In this document: piece by piece, positions 23,859 to 37,021 of the stretch
How positions within the stretch are numbered: the stretch's first letter is position 1
Layout: each line of letters starts with the position of its first letter
NCBI GenBank assembly: GCA_964270895.1
Contig: OZ185435.1
Source of the DNA: Podarcis filfolensis
Lineage: Eukaryota
DNA length: 64,000 bases
Reading direction: 5' to 3' (one strand)
Program-made: the position numbers and the translations under genes
Notes under the pieces: model-generated
Told to the model about the DNA's origin: nothing
Seen by the model: the letters and a program-made list of their open reading frames with translations, nothing else
Database searches by the model: none

Positions 23859-24682
23859 AAAGGATGGGTTAAGAAGAAGAAGATTTGGATAGTTCCAGTG
23901 CTGAAATAATCAGCAATTCCCAATGTTTTTACCTTTACTGGCTTAGAAAAATCCCAGGCAATTTTATTCCAGCCTTATCACTTTCCAAAGCAGAAATTTA
24001 CAATATCTCCATTTAAGGCTGATACTTTAAAACCTTGCTGTGAGTTGGAGGGTGGGGAAAAAAAAGAGTCTTGCTTCACAGTTTATTTTACCTAAACATT
24101 ATTGCTGTAAAAACAAATAGCCCTGCTCAGCTGAGGGGGTGACATTTTAAACTTGATTCTTCATATTATTTGCCTTGTAAATTCAGAACCTGAATGTTTG
24201 GAGTTCCTCAAATAAGTCTTCGTTCATGATACACTGACCAAATGGGCTCTGAGCTTTTTATTCCTGAAATCTCACTGCAAAAGTGACAAAGGTGGCACAG
24301 AAAGAGCATTGTATGACAGAATTCTTTGAATTCATACATAGCATGTGGTCATAAAAGACATTCAAGTTTCGAGAATCAGCACTCAGTGTGGAGAAGGAAG
24401 TTGCTGACTTCCTGATGCTATGTTGGAGCTTTCATGCAAGCTCTTGTTTCGTTTTTCTATACTGTTTTACTTCGAAGTAAAACTGGTCTGCCAAGGAGTG
24501 TGTCTCTATGAAGTGTCAAAGATATGATTCAAGTGCCCTTGGGATGATTCCATGAGAATGGACATCCCTTTTGATTCTTTTGCTTTAGCAGACCAGACTA
24601 GGATATATTGTTGTTCTAATATTGTCTTTCTCCATCTTTCCTTTCCTTGCTTTCTCTTTTCTTCCTGGATTGCTCTATTTAG

Positions 24683-24707
24683 AGAAGAAGCCCAGAGTTG
24701 TACCACC
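24683..24707 (+). CDS. TNNT3: TNNT3 exon 9, 25 nt (EKKPRVVP-P)
   Basis: ctatttag|AG AAG AAG CCC AGA GTT GTA CCA CC|gtaagt; phase 1 to phase 2, fits exon 10. Confidence 0.88.
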
Positions 24708-26334
24708 GTAAGTGTGCACTTCCAGATATTGAAAATACCGCTGGTTCTAAATAATCATGTTAAAACTTGAAGGTGGCTTCAACCAGATGTGCAGTGACTT
24801 TCGTATTTAGCTGGCTGAACTTCTCTTCCCCTCATGATGAAATGTGAAGATCTCCTTGGAATATGGCAGGGAAGTTCTGCCAACTGAATGCAGAAATGTG
24901 CATCCAACTGGTTGCACTTATTTAGAACATGGGGACCCTGTGGCCCATCAGCTGTTGTTGGACTCAGCTCTCATCAGCTCCAGCTGGCACAGCACGGACA
25001 GAAGTCAGCAACATCTGGAGGACCATAGGTTCTCTACCCTAATTTAGAATGTCCAAAGCCACTCTTCTGTTACCAACTGTGTGCTATGCCCTCAACAGGG
25101 TATAGTGCCACAGTTCCTGTCTGGAGTGGCATGGAATGAAGAAGGAAGAGAAAGAAAGCCAGAGTTAGATAAAGAAACTGTGATGGTGGTGCTGATGGGG
25201 TACTTGGGGATTAACTAGTCATGTACAGTGCAAAGTAGAGTGCAATGGTCCAGGAAAACATTTATGGTAAAGACAGACTTTGAGAAGGGATTGAAAGGAG
25301 GAGAGGGAGAAGGGTGGAAGGACAGAGAAGGAAGGATATTCCAGGTGTATCGAGGCCTGGAAGAAGGTAAGGAGGACAACACAGGCAAGGGATAAAAAGG
25401 GGACATGGAGCAGTGGGAGTTAGAGACGGATTGTGGTGTTATGTACATTAGTGGCAATGCCATCAATGCATATTAAGGATGTGAGTATTGGGGCTAGGGA
25501 ATGAGTGGCATGCATTAAAAAAGAAGATGACCTTTGACTGAGAGGAAGTCGGTGATTTCTTAAGAGTGGTGGCTGTGGACCAGTGGCCCTTCAGATGTTG
25601 TTGAACTTCCATCATTGCCACCCAGGGATGATGAGAGTTGTGGTTCAGCAGTATCAGGAGGGCCACAGGTTTCCTACCCTGGCTTAGATACTAGCTGGTT
25701 TATAGTAGCATGTGTTTACATATGGAAAAACTAGTATTTCTCTGTTGCATACAAAGATTGACACAGCAAATCAACTATTCTGTAAAGCAGGAGTGTCCAA
25801 CATAATGATTAAGGGCTTAATGTAGCCTTTTTGGGATCTCTAATCCAGCCTGCAGCATCTCTGTCATACTTCATCCAAACTGTTCCATGAACATCTCTAT
25901 GGTGCCAGCACTCTTAGTAGACCAGAAAAGTCCAAATATGTCATGATTATTGTATTTATGCTGCAATCTTTAAAGGATAGATATTTTATCAGATCTGAAG
26001 GAACAATACTGTATTTTCAACTTACCGGTAACTTATAATTGAAATGCAGTAGATCACTTGCTGTTGAAATCAGGTGGAACTGACATTTTGTAGCCCAGAA
26101 ATATTTGAGAGTGCTGCCGTTGGACATCTGTTAGGAGGTGAAATTGGTCCGTCAACATTTTTAAGTTTGACATCTCAGCTCTAAGCTGTCATTGTACTTA
26201 AGCTTTCCCAATTAGTGTTCATACAACCTTAATTTCAGTTACATTTTCTTCTGAATAGTTCTTTCAAATAGCATACCTCTCCTTGGAATGTTTCCCTTTG
26301 ATGTTTATATGCCTTACTTTCTCTTTCTCCAAAG

Positions 26335-26380
26335 GCTGACTGCTCCTAAAATCCCAGAGGGGGAGAAAGTAGACTTTGAT
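26335..26380 (+). CDS. TNNT3: TNNT3 exon 10 (LTAPKIPEGEKVDFD)
   Basis: ccaaag|G CTG ACT GCT...TTT GAT|gtaagt, 46 nt. Confidence 0.97.
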
Positions 26381-26572
26381 GTAAGTATTGTTGGCTCCTT
26401 TCAACACTATTGACTCCTGTAAATTTTCATTATATTTTAGACAAGAGGGTTAAAAACAGGACCTTCACCTCAATCCTAAAAACATATTCCTAATCCTGAG
26501 AGGAAATTGAGTGTTTGGGGTTTTAATTAATGAGGATGTGGAAGGATTCTTTGAGTGGGAAAACCCAAATAA

Positions 26573-26875
<303 letters not shown>

Positions 26876-27480
26876 TGAGAGTAGAACCATTGAAATTAAT
26901 TAACATTACTTATTTAAGTCTATTGATTTCAGTGAGGCTAGCCTTGAGTATAACCCAATGAACCATCCCTACTCTGTAACACAAAGGAGTGAATTTTTAA
27001 GAACTAACACTTTTTAATCTAAGTATAATTGCACCTTTTTGTTTAGGCGGAAGGGATACCATCCAAATGAGCTTCTAATAACATTATTGTTATTTTGAGT
27101 GAGGGAGAATTTGATCCTTATGCTATTTTCTCATCTGAAAAAAAAACCACATGACATAAAATCCACAATCCAAATGGGCATTGTAGTCTCTACTGTCGTC
27201 TGCAGCAGAGGTACTGCTTTATCCTTTGATCGGCTTAAATGCAAGTGTTTTAGAAGACATACAACTATTTTACCACACCCCTGTGGCTAATGCAGACCCT
27301 AGGTGGAGGGACCTCCTCTAGGGATATTTTGGCTATCTGTATGGGATCACTGTTGAACCAATTTGGACTGCTTCACTCTGAGGGAAGTTTCTTCTGTCAA
27401 ATGTTGTTCCAGCCAACAGTACATAAAGAGTCACAATGAAAGATCTAATTGCTTCCTCTTCTTTTGCATGAAATGAACAG

Positions 27481-27558
27481 GAGAAACGTAGAGCGGAAAG
27501 GGCTGAACAGCAAAGAATCCGGGCTGAAAAGGAAAAGGAGCGTCAGGCCAGGCTTGCT
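27481..27558 (+). CDS. TNNT3: TNNT3 exon 12 (EKRRAERAEQQRIRAEKEKERQARLA)
   Basis: gaacag|GAG...GCT|gtgagt, 78 nt. Confidence 0.98.
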
Positions 27559-27917
27559 GTGAGTTGTGGTTGTTATTGTTATTGTTGCTTATTGAATCCT
27601 ATACCCGGAGGTCTCAAGGTGGTTGACAGAATAAAATCAAGATATAAAACCACAAAACACACAATCAAAATAACAACCCAATAACCCCCTCCCCCCAAAA
27701 AACCCCACATTTTAAAAGGGCATAGAGAGACAGAGCAATCAAGCGACTTCTTCTGGCAGAGTTATTCTAATACTTTTTGCTCCATTCTGCAGTCTACTGC
27801 TGCTGGTCTCCTTTTGGCTCCATCCCACAATCTACCATGGCCATTCCCCAAACTCCTTGTTCTGCACTTATGATCCCCAAGTATGATGTTGGCTATTTTC
27901 CTCTTGTCCCTTTGTAG

Positions 27918-28100
<183 letters not shown>

Positions 28101-28549
28101 TGAAAAATCCTCTGGTTAAGTGTTCCCTGTATCTCATGGGTGGGTCTCATCAGCTGCTAGGAATTCTCTAACCACACACTGGCAAGAGCTCTGAAAAGCT
28201 CTTCTGCTTTCAAGGGAAGCCAAGGGAGCTTCAGGATCCGTGCAGAGACACTTGGACTTTGGTTTTCTCCTGTACAAATGCCAGCAACTTAGTTTTGCTT
28301 GACATCAGCCCCGCTGGGTCCTAAGGCCTTGGCATGGGCCCCAGCACTTGCCCCACAGTGCCAGGGGCTGATACTGGGCCTGCAGCCAATAGTCAAGACC
28401 AAAGAGCAAACCAGAACTGGAGGTCAAACCAGGAGGCAGGATCAAGAATCAATCCAGGAGTTAGTCACGAGCAAAGGACAGAGCTGGGGGCAGAACTGGG
28501 CAATAAAGACACAGGAATTCCTACCTACATGCATCCTGTGATATACTGA

Positions 28550-28687
<138 letters not shown>

Positions 28688-29131
28688 TAAAATGGAGTTG
28701 TACGAAATGGAAGGAGTCAAGTGTATTTATCATTCATTCATTCATTCAGTTTTGATCCTGTCCTTCCTTGCAAAAGAGCTCAGCAAACAACCAAGGACTA
28801 AAACAATTCAATTAAATTCAGTTAATATAAAATAAATATTGAAATACATTATGAACATCTAGAAACAGTCACATGCCTGCACAGTCCATAATTGCAAGGT
28901 TGTCAAAAGGAAAAGGAACGCTTTTAAATTCCTCCTGAATGCTAATAATGTTCATACACCTACCAGGGAGGGCATTTTAAGCTTCCGGATTATGGCGAGA
29001 TCTCCCATGGTGGGGGCAGCCCTGCCGTCAGAACCCAGAAAAGCAAGGGGGCGACCAGGGTTGGTGGCACCTTACCCTTTGGCCATGGGTTCCAAAATGG
29101 GACTGGCCACCCCGACTGTACACTCCTATTG

Positions 29132-29513
29132 AAGGTAAAGGCAGGTAAAGGACCCCAGACAGTTAAGTCCAGTCAAAGGCAACTATGGGGTGCGGCTTTC
29201 ATCTCACTTCAGGCCAAGGGAGCTGGCGTTTATCCACAGACAGCTTTCCGGGTCATGTGGCCAGCATGACTAAACCACTTTTGGTACAACAGAACACTGT
29301 GACGGAAGCCAGAGCACATGGAAATGCCATTTACCTTCCTGCCACAGTGGTACATATTTATCTACTTGTACTGGTGTGCTTTGAATTGCTAGGTTGGCAG
29401 GAGCTGGGACAGAGCAACAGGAGCTCACCCTGTCACACGGATTCAAACCACGACCTTCTGATCGGCAAGCCAAAGAGGCTCAGTAGTTTAGACCATAGCG
29501 CCACCCACGCCCT
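29132..29513 (-). mobile_element. Sauria SINE (near full length)
   Basis: Same diagnostic blocks as 23613 plus the 5' head (...GGATTCAAACCACGACC...TAGCGCCACCCACGCCC). Confidence 0.85.
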
Positions 29514-29883
29514 ATTATATTCCTATTGATATAAGCACCCTTTAATAACCCATGCTTGTAGTATTGCTCAAGCATATCATTGTTGTCCTAGTTTTGTTCT
29601 TTTAGTTTATGTGAACTACTACAGGTTAATAAAATCTCAAAAGTGCCATATTTGTATAAACAAGATGGCCCTTTACCTTTGCCAACCTGGTGCCCTCTAG
29701 ATGTTTTGGATTACAACTCCCAACAGCACCAGCTAGCGTGGTGCATAAAACTTTGCCTTATGGCTACTAGTTCTTTGGGATCTGTGTAATCTCACTGTAT
29801 ACAAGTTGTACAAGTGACAATAAAGTATTTCATATTTTATATCTACGGAAGATGTGCTATGGGAACTTCAACTGTTATCCCCT

Positions 29884-29977
<94 letters not shown>

Positions 29978-29984
29978 TTCACAG

Positions 29985-30075
29985 GGAAAAAGCCAAGGAG
30001 ATGTGGGACTGGTTATATCAGCTGGAAACGGAGAAGTATGAGTATTTAGAGAAGATCAAGAGACAGAAATATGAT
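29985..30075 (+). CDS. TNNT3: TNNT3 exon 15 ([30 protein letters not shown])
   Basis: tcacag|G GAA...GAT|gtgagt, 91 nt. Confidence 0.97.
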
Positions 30076-31165
30076 GTGAGTAGAAAATGAGATCTTGGTT
30101 ATTATTCTGCTTACGTCCAATGCCTAAGTGGAAAAGGGTTGCAATTCTCCTGGGAGAAGCGTAGTGTGTGGACCTTAAAATACCACTCTGAATGCTTATC
30201 AATGGGATTTACATTTCATTTGACTCTGAAACTATTCGTCCAGAGTGGGTTTTGGTTTTCTAGCAGGAGAAGAGAACTTATGCCTTCATGATTTGCCTGG
30301 AAGAAGAGCATGAAAAGCATTTTTAGCCCTATCCATGAATTTACCTGTCTCCATCATAAAGTGCCTTGAAGAGTAGAATGACTAATTTCATTGCTTTATT
30401 TTCCATCACAGAAACCAAGAGAGGTACCCTATAATCTCTATAGGTCTTGTCAGCACTTTTCAGCACTGGATTGAAATATCGAGGGGTATTCTAATGCTGA
30501 ACTCTGTTCTGATGTCACCTGCTTCTTTCACCCATAGATCATGTCACCTCCCTCACTTGTACTCATGTAGACAGAGAAACCAGCAACATGTCTTCTTTTG
30601 TGTTCCTAACCCTACATGACACCTGCCGTATTTTTTATTTTGAAAAAACAAACCCGTGTGTGTGTGTGAATGATCACATTGGATGGGAACGTGGAAATAT
30701 TCCAAATTTCTCTACAAACTGTGAGCATAGCCCCTGCTTTCCTGCCATGTGATAAAAGAGAAACCACTCTGTATTTGTGCAAAATCTAGTGTGCAAAAAG
30801 CTAGGCCTATGCACGCTGTACAGGTGGTACCCTCCTTATATATGTACGTGAGCTGAAGCCTAGAGAGGACAACTAGTTGTGCTGGGGGAGGACGGAACTT
30901 GACCGATGTGCAAAATCTGCCCCATCGTGCTTGGACTCTGTTCTTTGATAAGAATAGGGTATCTGTTGATGGACTCCCTGTTTAAGCATTTGCCTTGTGC
31001 TAGAATGTTAATGCGATCCTTTGCATTTTGCTTACAAGACACGATATAAAGCAGAGATTTTTAATGTGTTGCTCGGGACTATTTACCTCTTTCTGAGTAC
31101 ATACTGCAAACATCTGGATTTGAGAAGTACCCCAAAGCCAATATAATTATCTCAATCTCTCTTAG

Positions 31166-31206
31166 ATTTTATCACTACGTTGCAGGGTGGAGGCACTGTC
31201 TAAGTT
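31166..31206 (+). CDS. TNNT3: TNNT3 mutually exclusive exon 16 (alpha): ILSLRCRVEALSKF
   Basis: ctcttag|ATT TTA TCA CTA CGT TGC AGG GTG GAG GCA CTG TCT AAG TT|gtaagt, 41 nt. Confidence 0.92.
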
Positions 31207-33976
31207 GTAAGTACAAAGAGTTTGCCCACATGGCAAAAGCAGCAAAAAAAAAAAAAGGCTGTTTTGCGTGCATGAGCCTCCTGCATGCCCAGAGTCCGGG
31301 TGCTCCAGGTTCACGCAGGACAAGAGGCTGGCACTCAGTTCCTGGCACAGAGAGCAAGAAGCTGAACAGGTTAAGCAGATGAATACAGGTGCAGGGTCAC
31401 ACATTGCAGAATATAGTGGTTGTGCCTCTGGATTAAGGCATCTTGTAGGTTAACTGGATGATGGCAGCAAAACAGGGGGACTGGGAATGAAGGATCGGCA
31501 GAGAATTCTTGAATCCGGTGGTTATCTCAGGCTTCATAGAACGCAACCACAGAAATAGGATGTCAGCCTCTTTCAATAGAATTATTTCTATAGGATCTGA
31601 GCTGCAGTCCTCAGATTAATCCATGGGGTGTATTCCATGGGGAGACCGGTGAGAAGCAGTGGCTGGTTAGGGAGATTCTTATAAGTTTGCCCATGTCCTA
31701 CAGAGAATCCAGAACTGTGACTGTGTGCAGAGCCAGAGAGACAAGTTTAATGCGGGGTGGCCATCCTCGCCTTGCTCTGCTTGGGAGCTTCCCAGTGGCA
31801 TCTCTCTGGCTCCTGATGGGAACAGCATGTTGGATAGGGTGGAGCTTGATCTTGATCCAGCAAGCTAGTTCTTACGACATTTTAATGCTTGAATTAGAAA
31901 TAGAAAAGGGACAATTGTTTTCAACACAGGAACTAGGTAGGGGGCAGGGGCAGGTAGGCGAGTCTATAATGGAAGGGAAATAAGCAAGGCAGCAGGACAA
32001 AATTCATACAAAAGAAAAGACAAAATTAGCATAAAAGTAAGGAAGAATGGAAAGAAAGCATTCTTGTTAGAGCAACAGCAAGCCAAGTTGCTGTTCAGTG
32101 CTTGCCGATTCTGTTCTTCCCAGGAGACTGAGTGCCATGCCTGCTGTCTTCAGCTTACTGCAGGTTTAGCATTGAAGGTAAGTCCTAAACCCTGAGGCTA
32201 GGCTGATGAGCAAAATGAAGTTGGTTCCTTAACAAATACCTGGTTTAAGAGGGCAATCCAAGAGCCATTAGGGAGTTCCACAAGGCAGATTTTGCCTGCA
32301 AAGTAAGTATATCCGGTGGCCAAGTTTTTCCTTTTCATGTTGTTCCATTGCTTCTGATGTTAGAGTCTCTTTGCTTCTGCTTGCCATGGAAATCCAAGAT
32401 GGTGGACAACAAAATCCAAAATGGTGGACAAGGATGAAACGTGAACTCTTGCATTGGTTTAAAGTGTGTTTCAAAGGACAATAAATAATATTGCTGGGTG
32501 ACCTATTCAAGGACTCCTGAGAATAATATAAATACGGCTAATGAAGAATTTTAACTATGCTGAATTTGCCAGGGTCTAATAGGACAATTGTCTTGTTTTC
32601 TCACCTTATTTCTTAGGGGCTGAGGAACCTATGCCACATGGCGACCAGAGTAACTGGAATTATAGGAAAGGCTCATTAACCAAGCACACAATTAATTATA
32701 ATTTTCTCCCCCTGACTTCTGTCACAACTCAAAACATAGCACCCTCCAATAAAAAATGAGACAACCACAGAAATTATCAGAGCCTGGGAGCTGATTTCAA
32801 ATGTCTGTGGTTGATGCCTATTTCTGATATTTCCTTCCTTTACCCTTTGGGAGCTCTTACTTTGGCTAACAATGTGGCGCATAGCATCAAGTGGATTACT
32901 TGATGACAAGTGGTGCATCTGGTTTGGATGCACAGGACTCAGATTTATGTGTGTACATTTCTGTGGGACAGCCTCACATGTGGCAGAGGAGCATAATAGC
33001 CTTTTTCTGTGCATTGGCTTCTTTCCATGTTGTAGCACAGTAATGTTTGTAGCCAATCATATGTTCCATGATATGTCCCAGCCATTGCCTTTCTTACCAT
33101 GTGGAAGCAGTTGTGCTGCTGCTGTGGTAACATGAAGGGGATGTCACAGTCTTGGTAATGTAGCAGGTGGCTCCCTACAATTGACATTGGCAGTTTTTAT
33201 CATTTCATTTATGCATAGGAAAACTTCCATTGCCATAAGCTTATGGGAGCACCTTAGTTTCTCCTCCCTCCTTTTAAAGGTTCTTTTGAGTCCTGTAGGG
33301 TGGAGGCTGATGTGGGCTTTGTGCTTCCAATGTGGCAGCTCACAGGAGAAGCGTCAGAGTTAAGCTGAGCAAACTGAACTGGTTAAACTTCCAGCTTTGG
33401 AGTCTGTCCATTTCCAGCTCCTCTTCAACACAGGTCATTCTCTGTGTTCCAAATCAATGTTTGTTAACTGGCTGGTAAATCTCCAGCAATGTTTATGGGC
33501 TGGGGAAGAGGCTGCAACTGAGCTGTGAAGATGGGCAGGGGAAAAGGGGATGACATAACGCATACATAGACAGCTCACTTCAGGAACAGCATCATAATGA
33601 CTGTATTAAAATAAAAGCTTTCAAACTCTCCAGAGTTCCCAAGAAAGGTCATTTTTGATCTTCCTGTTCTTATTTTCTTGCCATGATTTGACTAGCCATA
33701 ATGTAACCAGGTTCCTTGAAATAAACCTGGATAAACACTTTAACAGCATTTCTTGCTCACTGGGGTGCCGTTATAAACATTTAACAACTTTTCTGGTAAG
33801 TTTACTGCCAGTTAGCCATGTCTTTGTCTCTCAGCTTTTCATCCCAAAGGGAAGACTTTAGGATCCCACCCTATCTACATGCAGCAGCCCTGCTGCCAGG
33901 TAACAACCACCCACCTTCCCTCCACTATGGGAAGCGAGATCACTTTTAAAAACCTCGTCACGTATGTTGTTTGCAG

Positions 33977-34017
33977 ATCACCACCCTCAGGAACCGGATT
34001 GATCAGGCCCAGAAGCA
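33977..34017 (+). CDS. TNNT3: TNNT3 mutually exclusive exon 17 (beta): ITTLRNRIDQAQKH
   Basis: ttgcag|ATC ACC ACC CTC AGG AAC CGG ATT GAT CAG GCC CAG AAG CA|gtgagt, 41 nt. Confidence 0.96.
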
Positions 34018-35169
34018 GTGAGTAACCTCCTTGTCTCCCTCTCCCAGCCCAAAGTACAGAAAAATCCGCTCTCAACGCTTGTCAGCGGTCACTTCAGTCT
34101 TGCTGCCCTTCTTTTCTGCTGCGAGGGGGATTGGGGAGAGGGGGAGAAGCAGGAATGACAACTTCCACCCCTCTCCCTTCCCTAGGGTAAAGATTGGCGA
34201 AACTGAAGTGAATCTTACCATGCGAAAGAACCCACCCCTTTTCCCGCAATCTCAGCAAAGCTCACCTGGGGCTGTGCTGCAGTTCCTTTGTGCTTTCTGA
34301 TATTGTAAGGAACAGGATGTAATAACACTAATCTCATCCACGTTTGCCGGTACCACATGGACACCATGGGCCACCAATGGGTTCTTTTGAGCTGGTCACT
34401 TGACCCTTTAAAAATTCCCCTTCCTCCTACCTAATTCAAATCCCTTCCTGCTTGTTTTGTTCCGTGTCTTCTTTGTTGCATGTGTCCACTAAGAAACCGA
34501 ATGCATCAGAGATGAAGGCCACTGGGAGGGGAAGTTGTCAAAGATTGGGAATGGGTAGTTGGGGGAAGAGAGGAAGAAAGGAGCAACTCTGTGCTTGCTT
34601 GTTCTTTGTACATAAATCTATATTGGAACACAGGATGAAGATAGGAAGCGGCCTTACATAGATTCAGGCCATTGGTCCATTAAGCTCAGTATACACTGAG
34701 GAAAGGAAAATAGCCAAAACGGCATGTCTCCTTATGCAGAATGGAATTAAGTACAGATTTTTGTTTGTCTGAAGTCAATTTGTGTCATTCCAAATGATAA
34801 AAAAAACAAGTATTAAGTGCTGGTGCCACATGCCTCATGCTGAAGCATCTCATATTAATGAATAAACAATGTCAATTTCAGACAAGGTAATGAAAGTATC
34901 AGCAGCATATTCCATTTGAGCGGACTTGTGGTCCAGATTTCAAAGATGAATTGAACTTTAAAATAATTTGCTTTGGAAGGTGTGGCATTCTAAAGTAAGA
35001 AGTGGCTCTTTATTGTTAAATCAGAACACTTTTTTTAAAAAAATAAAAGGAATATTTGAAAACTCTGAAGCAAAGTGCTCAGGGCTTCATGCTGTATTTC
35101 AGTACAAATTGGGACCCAGTGATAACAATGGCAACAGAACTGCCATTGAGATGGATCCAGAAGTTCTTG

Positions 35170-35400
35170 AGCTGGTCTGAAGCTTTTGCAAAGCAGCACT
35201 CCTAACAAGACCTGCTGCAACAATGCAGTGCCATCATCCTCATAAGCCATGTTTGCTATATGGGCAGTGCAGGTGGAGATGTCAGCGATAGGATGCCAGT
35301 CTCTATTGTCTGAGAAAGCACTTGGCAGCCCCTTGTCTCTCATGTATAAGGTTTAATTTCAGAATAGAGTGTCCACCTGCATTAACTGACAGGTAAAGTA
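35170..35400 (-). mobile_element. Highly decayed non-LTR reverse transcriptase fragment
   Basis: Minus-strand HERQGAAKCFL (compare GVRQG..LF) followed, frameshifted, by NMAYEDDGTALL (compare LAYADD..LL). Confidence 0.35.
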
Positions 35401-36658
35401 TGCACTCTGTCTTCTCTGTGTGTATATGCATGTATGTCACTGTGGCAGATCCTCCCATAGGTGAACCTACTGCTGAACAAATCCACTGGTCTTGGTAGCA
35501 GCCATGTAAGCATTCAAAAGATACTCCTTGTTGCTGTTGCATCTGAATACCTTCCATGGATGAGTCAGTACGGGAGTTTTCCTAAGGAACCTTTATTCCA
35601 GGCAGTCCCAGGCTGCTAATCCAGGATAGTTTGCTGGGCAACTTGCAGTACCATCCAGCTATAGTGTGCAAACTGCCTAGTAATTTCAGGAAGGAGCCTT
35701 ATCGGGATGTGCATGGGGAGGTCAGGAGTAAGCAATGAACAAGCATTGCAAGAGGGATCTGCTGTTGCCACAGTGCGGAGACTCTAACACTAGACTAACT
35801 CACTCACCTGGAACTAGACCTAGCTCATGGCAGAAAGGTAAGTGCTGCGCATGTTTTGGGTGCTGTTTTATCTGCTTGCAAAATAAAGGAATTTGGAAAT
35901 CATTTGAACCACCACAGGAGAACTCCGGGACTATCTCCTTGTTTCCTGGATCCTGGGGGGGAGGGGGCGGGGCGTGGAGAGAGAATAGGTGAATAGTTCC
36001 AGTAAAGATTAAAGGCATTTGTGCAATTCTGAAGAAAAAGTATTTTTGTGAACAGCCATGGTTCATCAAATAAGTAGTAAGCATGATGCACCGTTTCAAT
36101 CCATTTCTGCACATTGTTATCATTAATGGTTTAAGTCAAGAATGGGTAACTTCTGCATTCCCGGGGACCACTTTTTTTGCGACACAGTGGTCCAGGAGCT
36201 GGAAGTGTATTTTACTGTCAGCATTGCCCTTTCATAAGTCCCCTGGCTACATAATAAACCTGGCACTACCTAGCTAAAAGGTCTTTACAGCTGTGGGCTA
36301 CATGTGCTTAGCAATGTATGAAATCCAGAGAGGTGTAATGCAATTTTCATTTCTGGAAAATCTGAAACTGGGGGCCTGTTGTCACTTTTTTTTTACCACA
36401 TGGGGTGAGGTAAATTTGCTTCTGAGGCCAGCTCATACCCATAGATGGTCAGCTGGCCACTCCTTGTTTCAATGATAAAACGTAACAACCTGGAACTGTG
36501 TTTCATGCACTTTAATGCTGATGCACCCAGTTAAAGTGACATCGGATCTGGCCTGTTCTGGTGACGAGAAATGTTGAGTGACTCACCCACCGAAGGGTTG
36601 GTAAAGGATGTGTCTGGGACTGGCGCGCTGACGTGTTTTTCTCGTATCTTTATTACAG

Positions 36659-36707
36659 CAGCAAGAAGGCCGGAGCCAAGGGCAAAGTTGGAGGGCGCTG
36701 GAAGTAA
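36659..36707 (+). CDS. TNNT3: TNNT3 terminal exon coding part (SKKAGAKGKVGGRWK*)
   Basis: ttacag|C AGC AAG AAG GCC GGA GCC AAG GGC AAA GTT GGA GGG CGC TGG AAG TAA. Confidence 0.98.
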
Positions 36708-37015
36708 AGTTCCGGAAGGTGCCTGCAGGCAGAATCTTCAGCGGTGGCATGGCTAAAGATCGCTGGCCTCCCCTTTCCTCTTTAAACACAAATTCCGTTC
36801 CCTCGCCTGAGCAAAACCATAGTTGCAACATCAGCCTGGATTGCCTACTGCTTATTTCAAGGGCTCCCACATCTTCCAGAGCCAGCGCCCTGGAACGGAG
36901 ATGACTCCCTGCTGACACCTCCTACGACCTGCTGTGTGTGTCCTTTTATTTTCCCAATCCCAGCCCTACACTGACTGCCCAGTAGATTGCAGTGTATGAA
37001 TCATTTGGTTTTGTA

Positions 37016-37021
37016 AATAAA
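37016..37021 (+). terminator. TNNT3: TNNT3 polyadenylation signal AATAAA
   Basis: First AATAAA about 310 nt after the stop codon, followed by GT/T-rich sequence. Confidence 0.8.

Noticed and set aside
30538-30570. cccatag|ATCATGTCA... resembling the start of mammalian exon 16; a possible third exclusive exon
   Set aside because: In-frame TAG after 10 codons, no donor at 41 nt, and true alpha and beta exons are found elsewhere.
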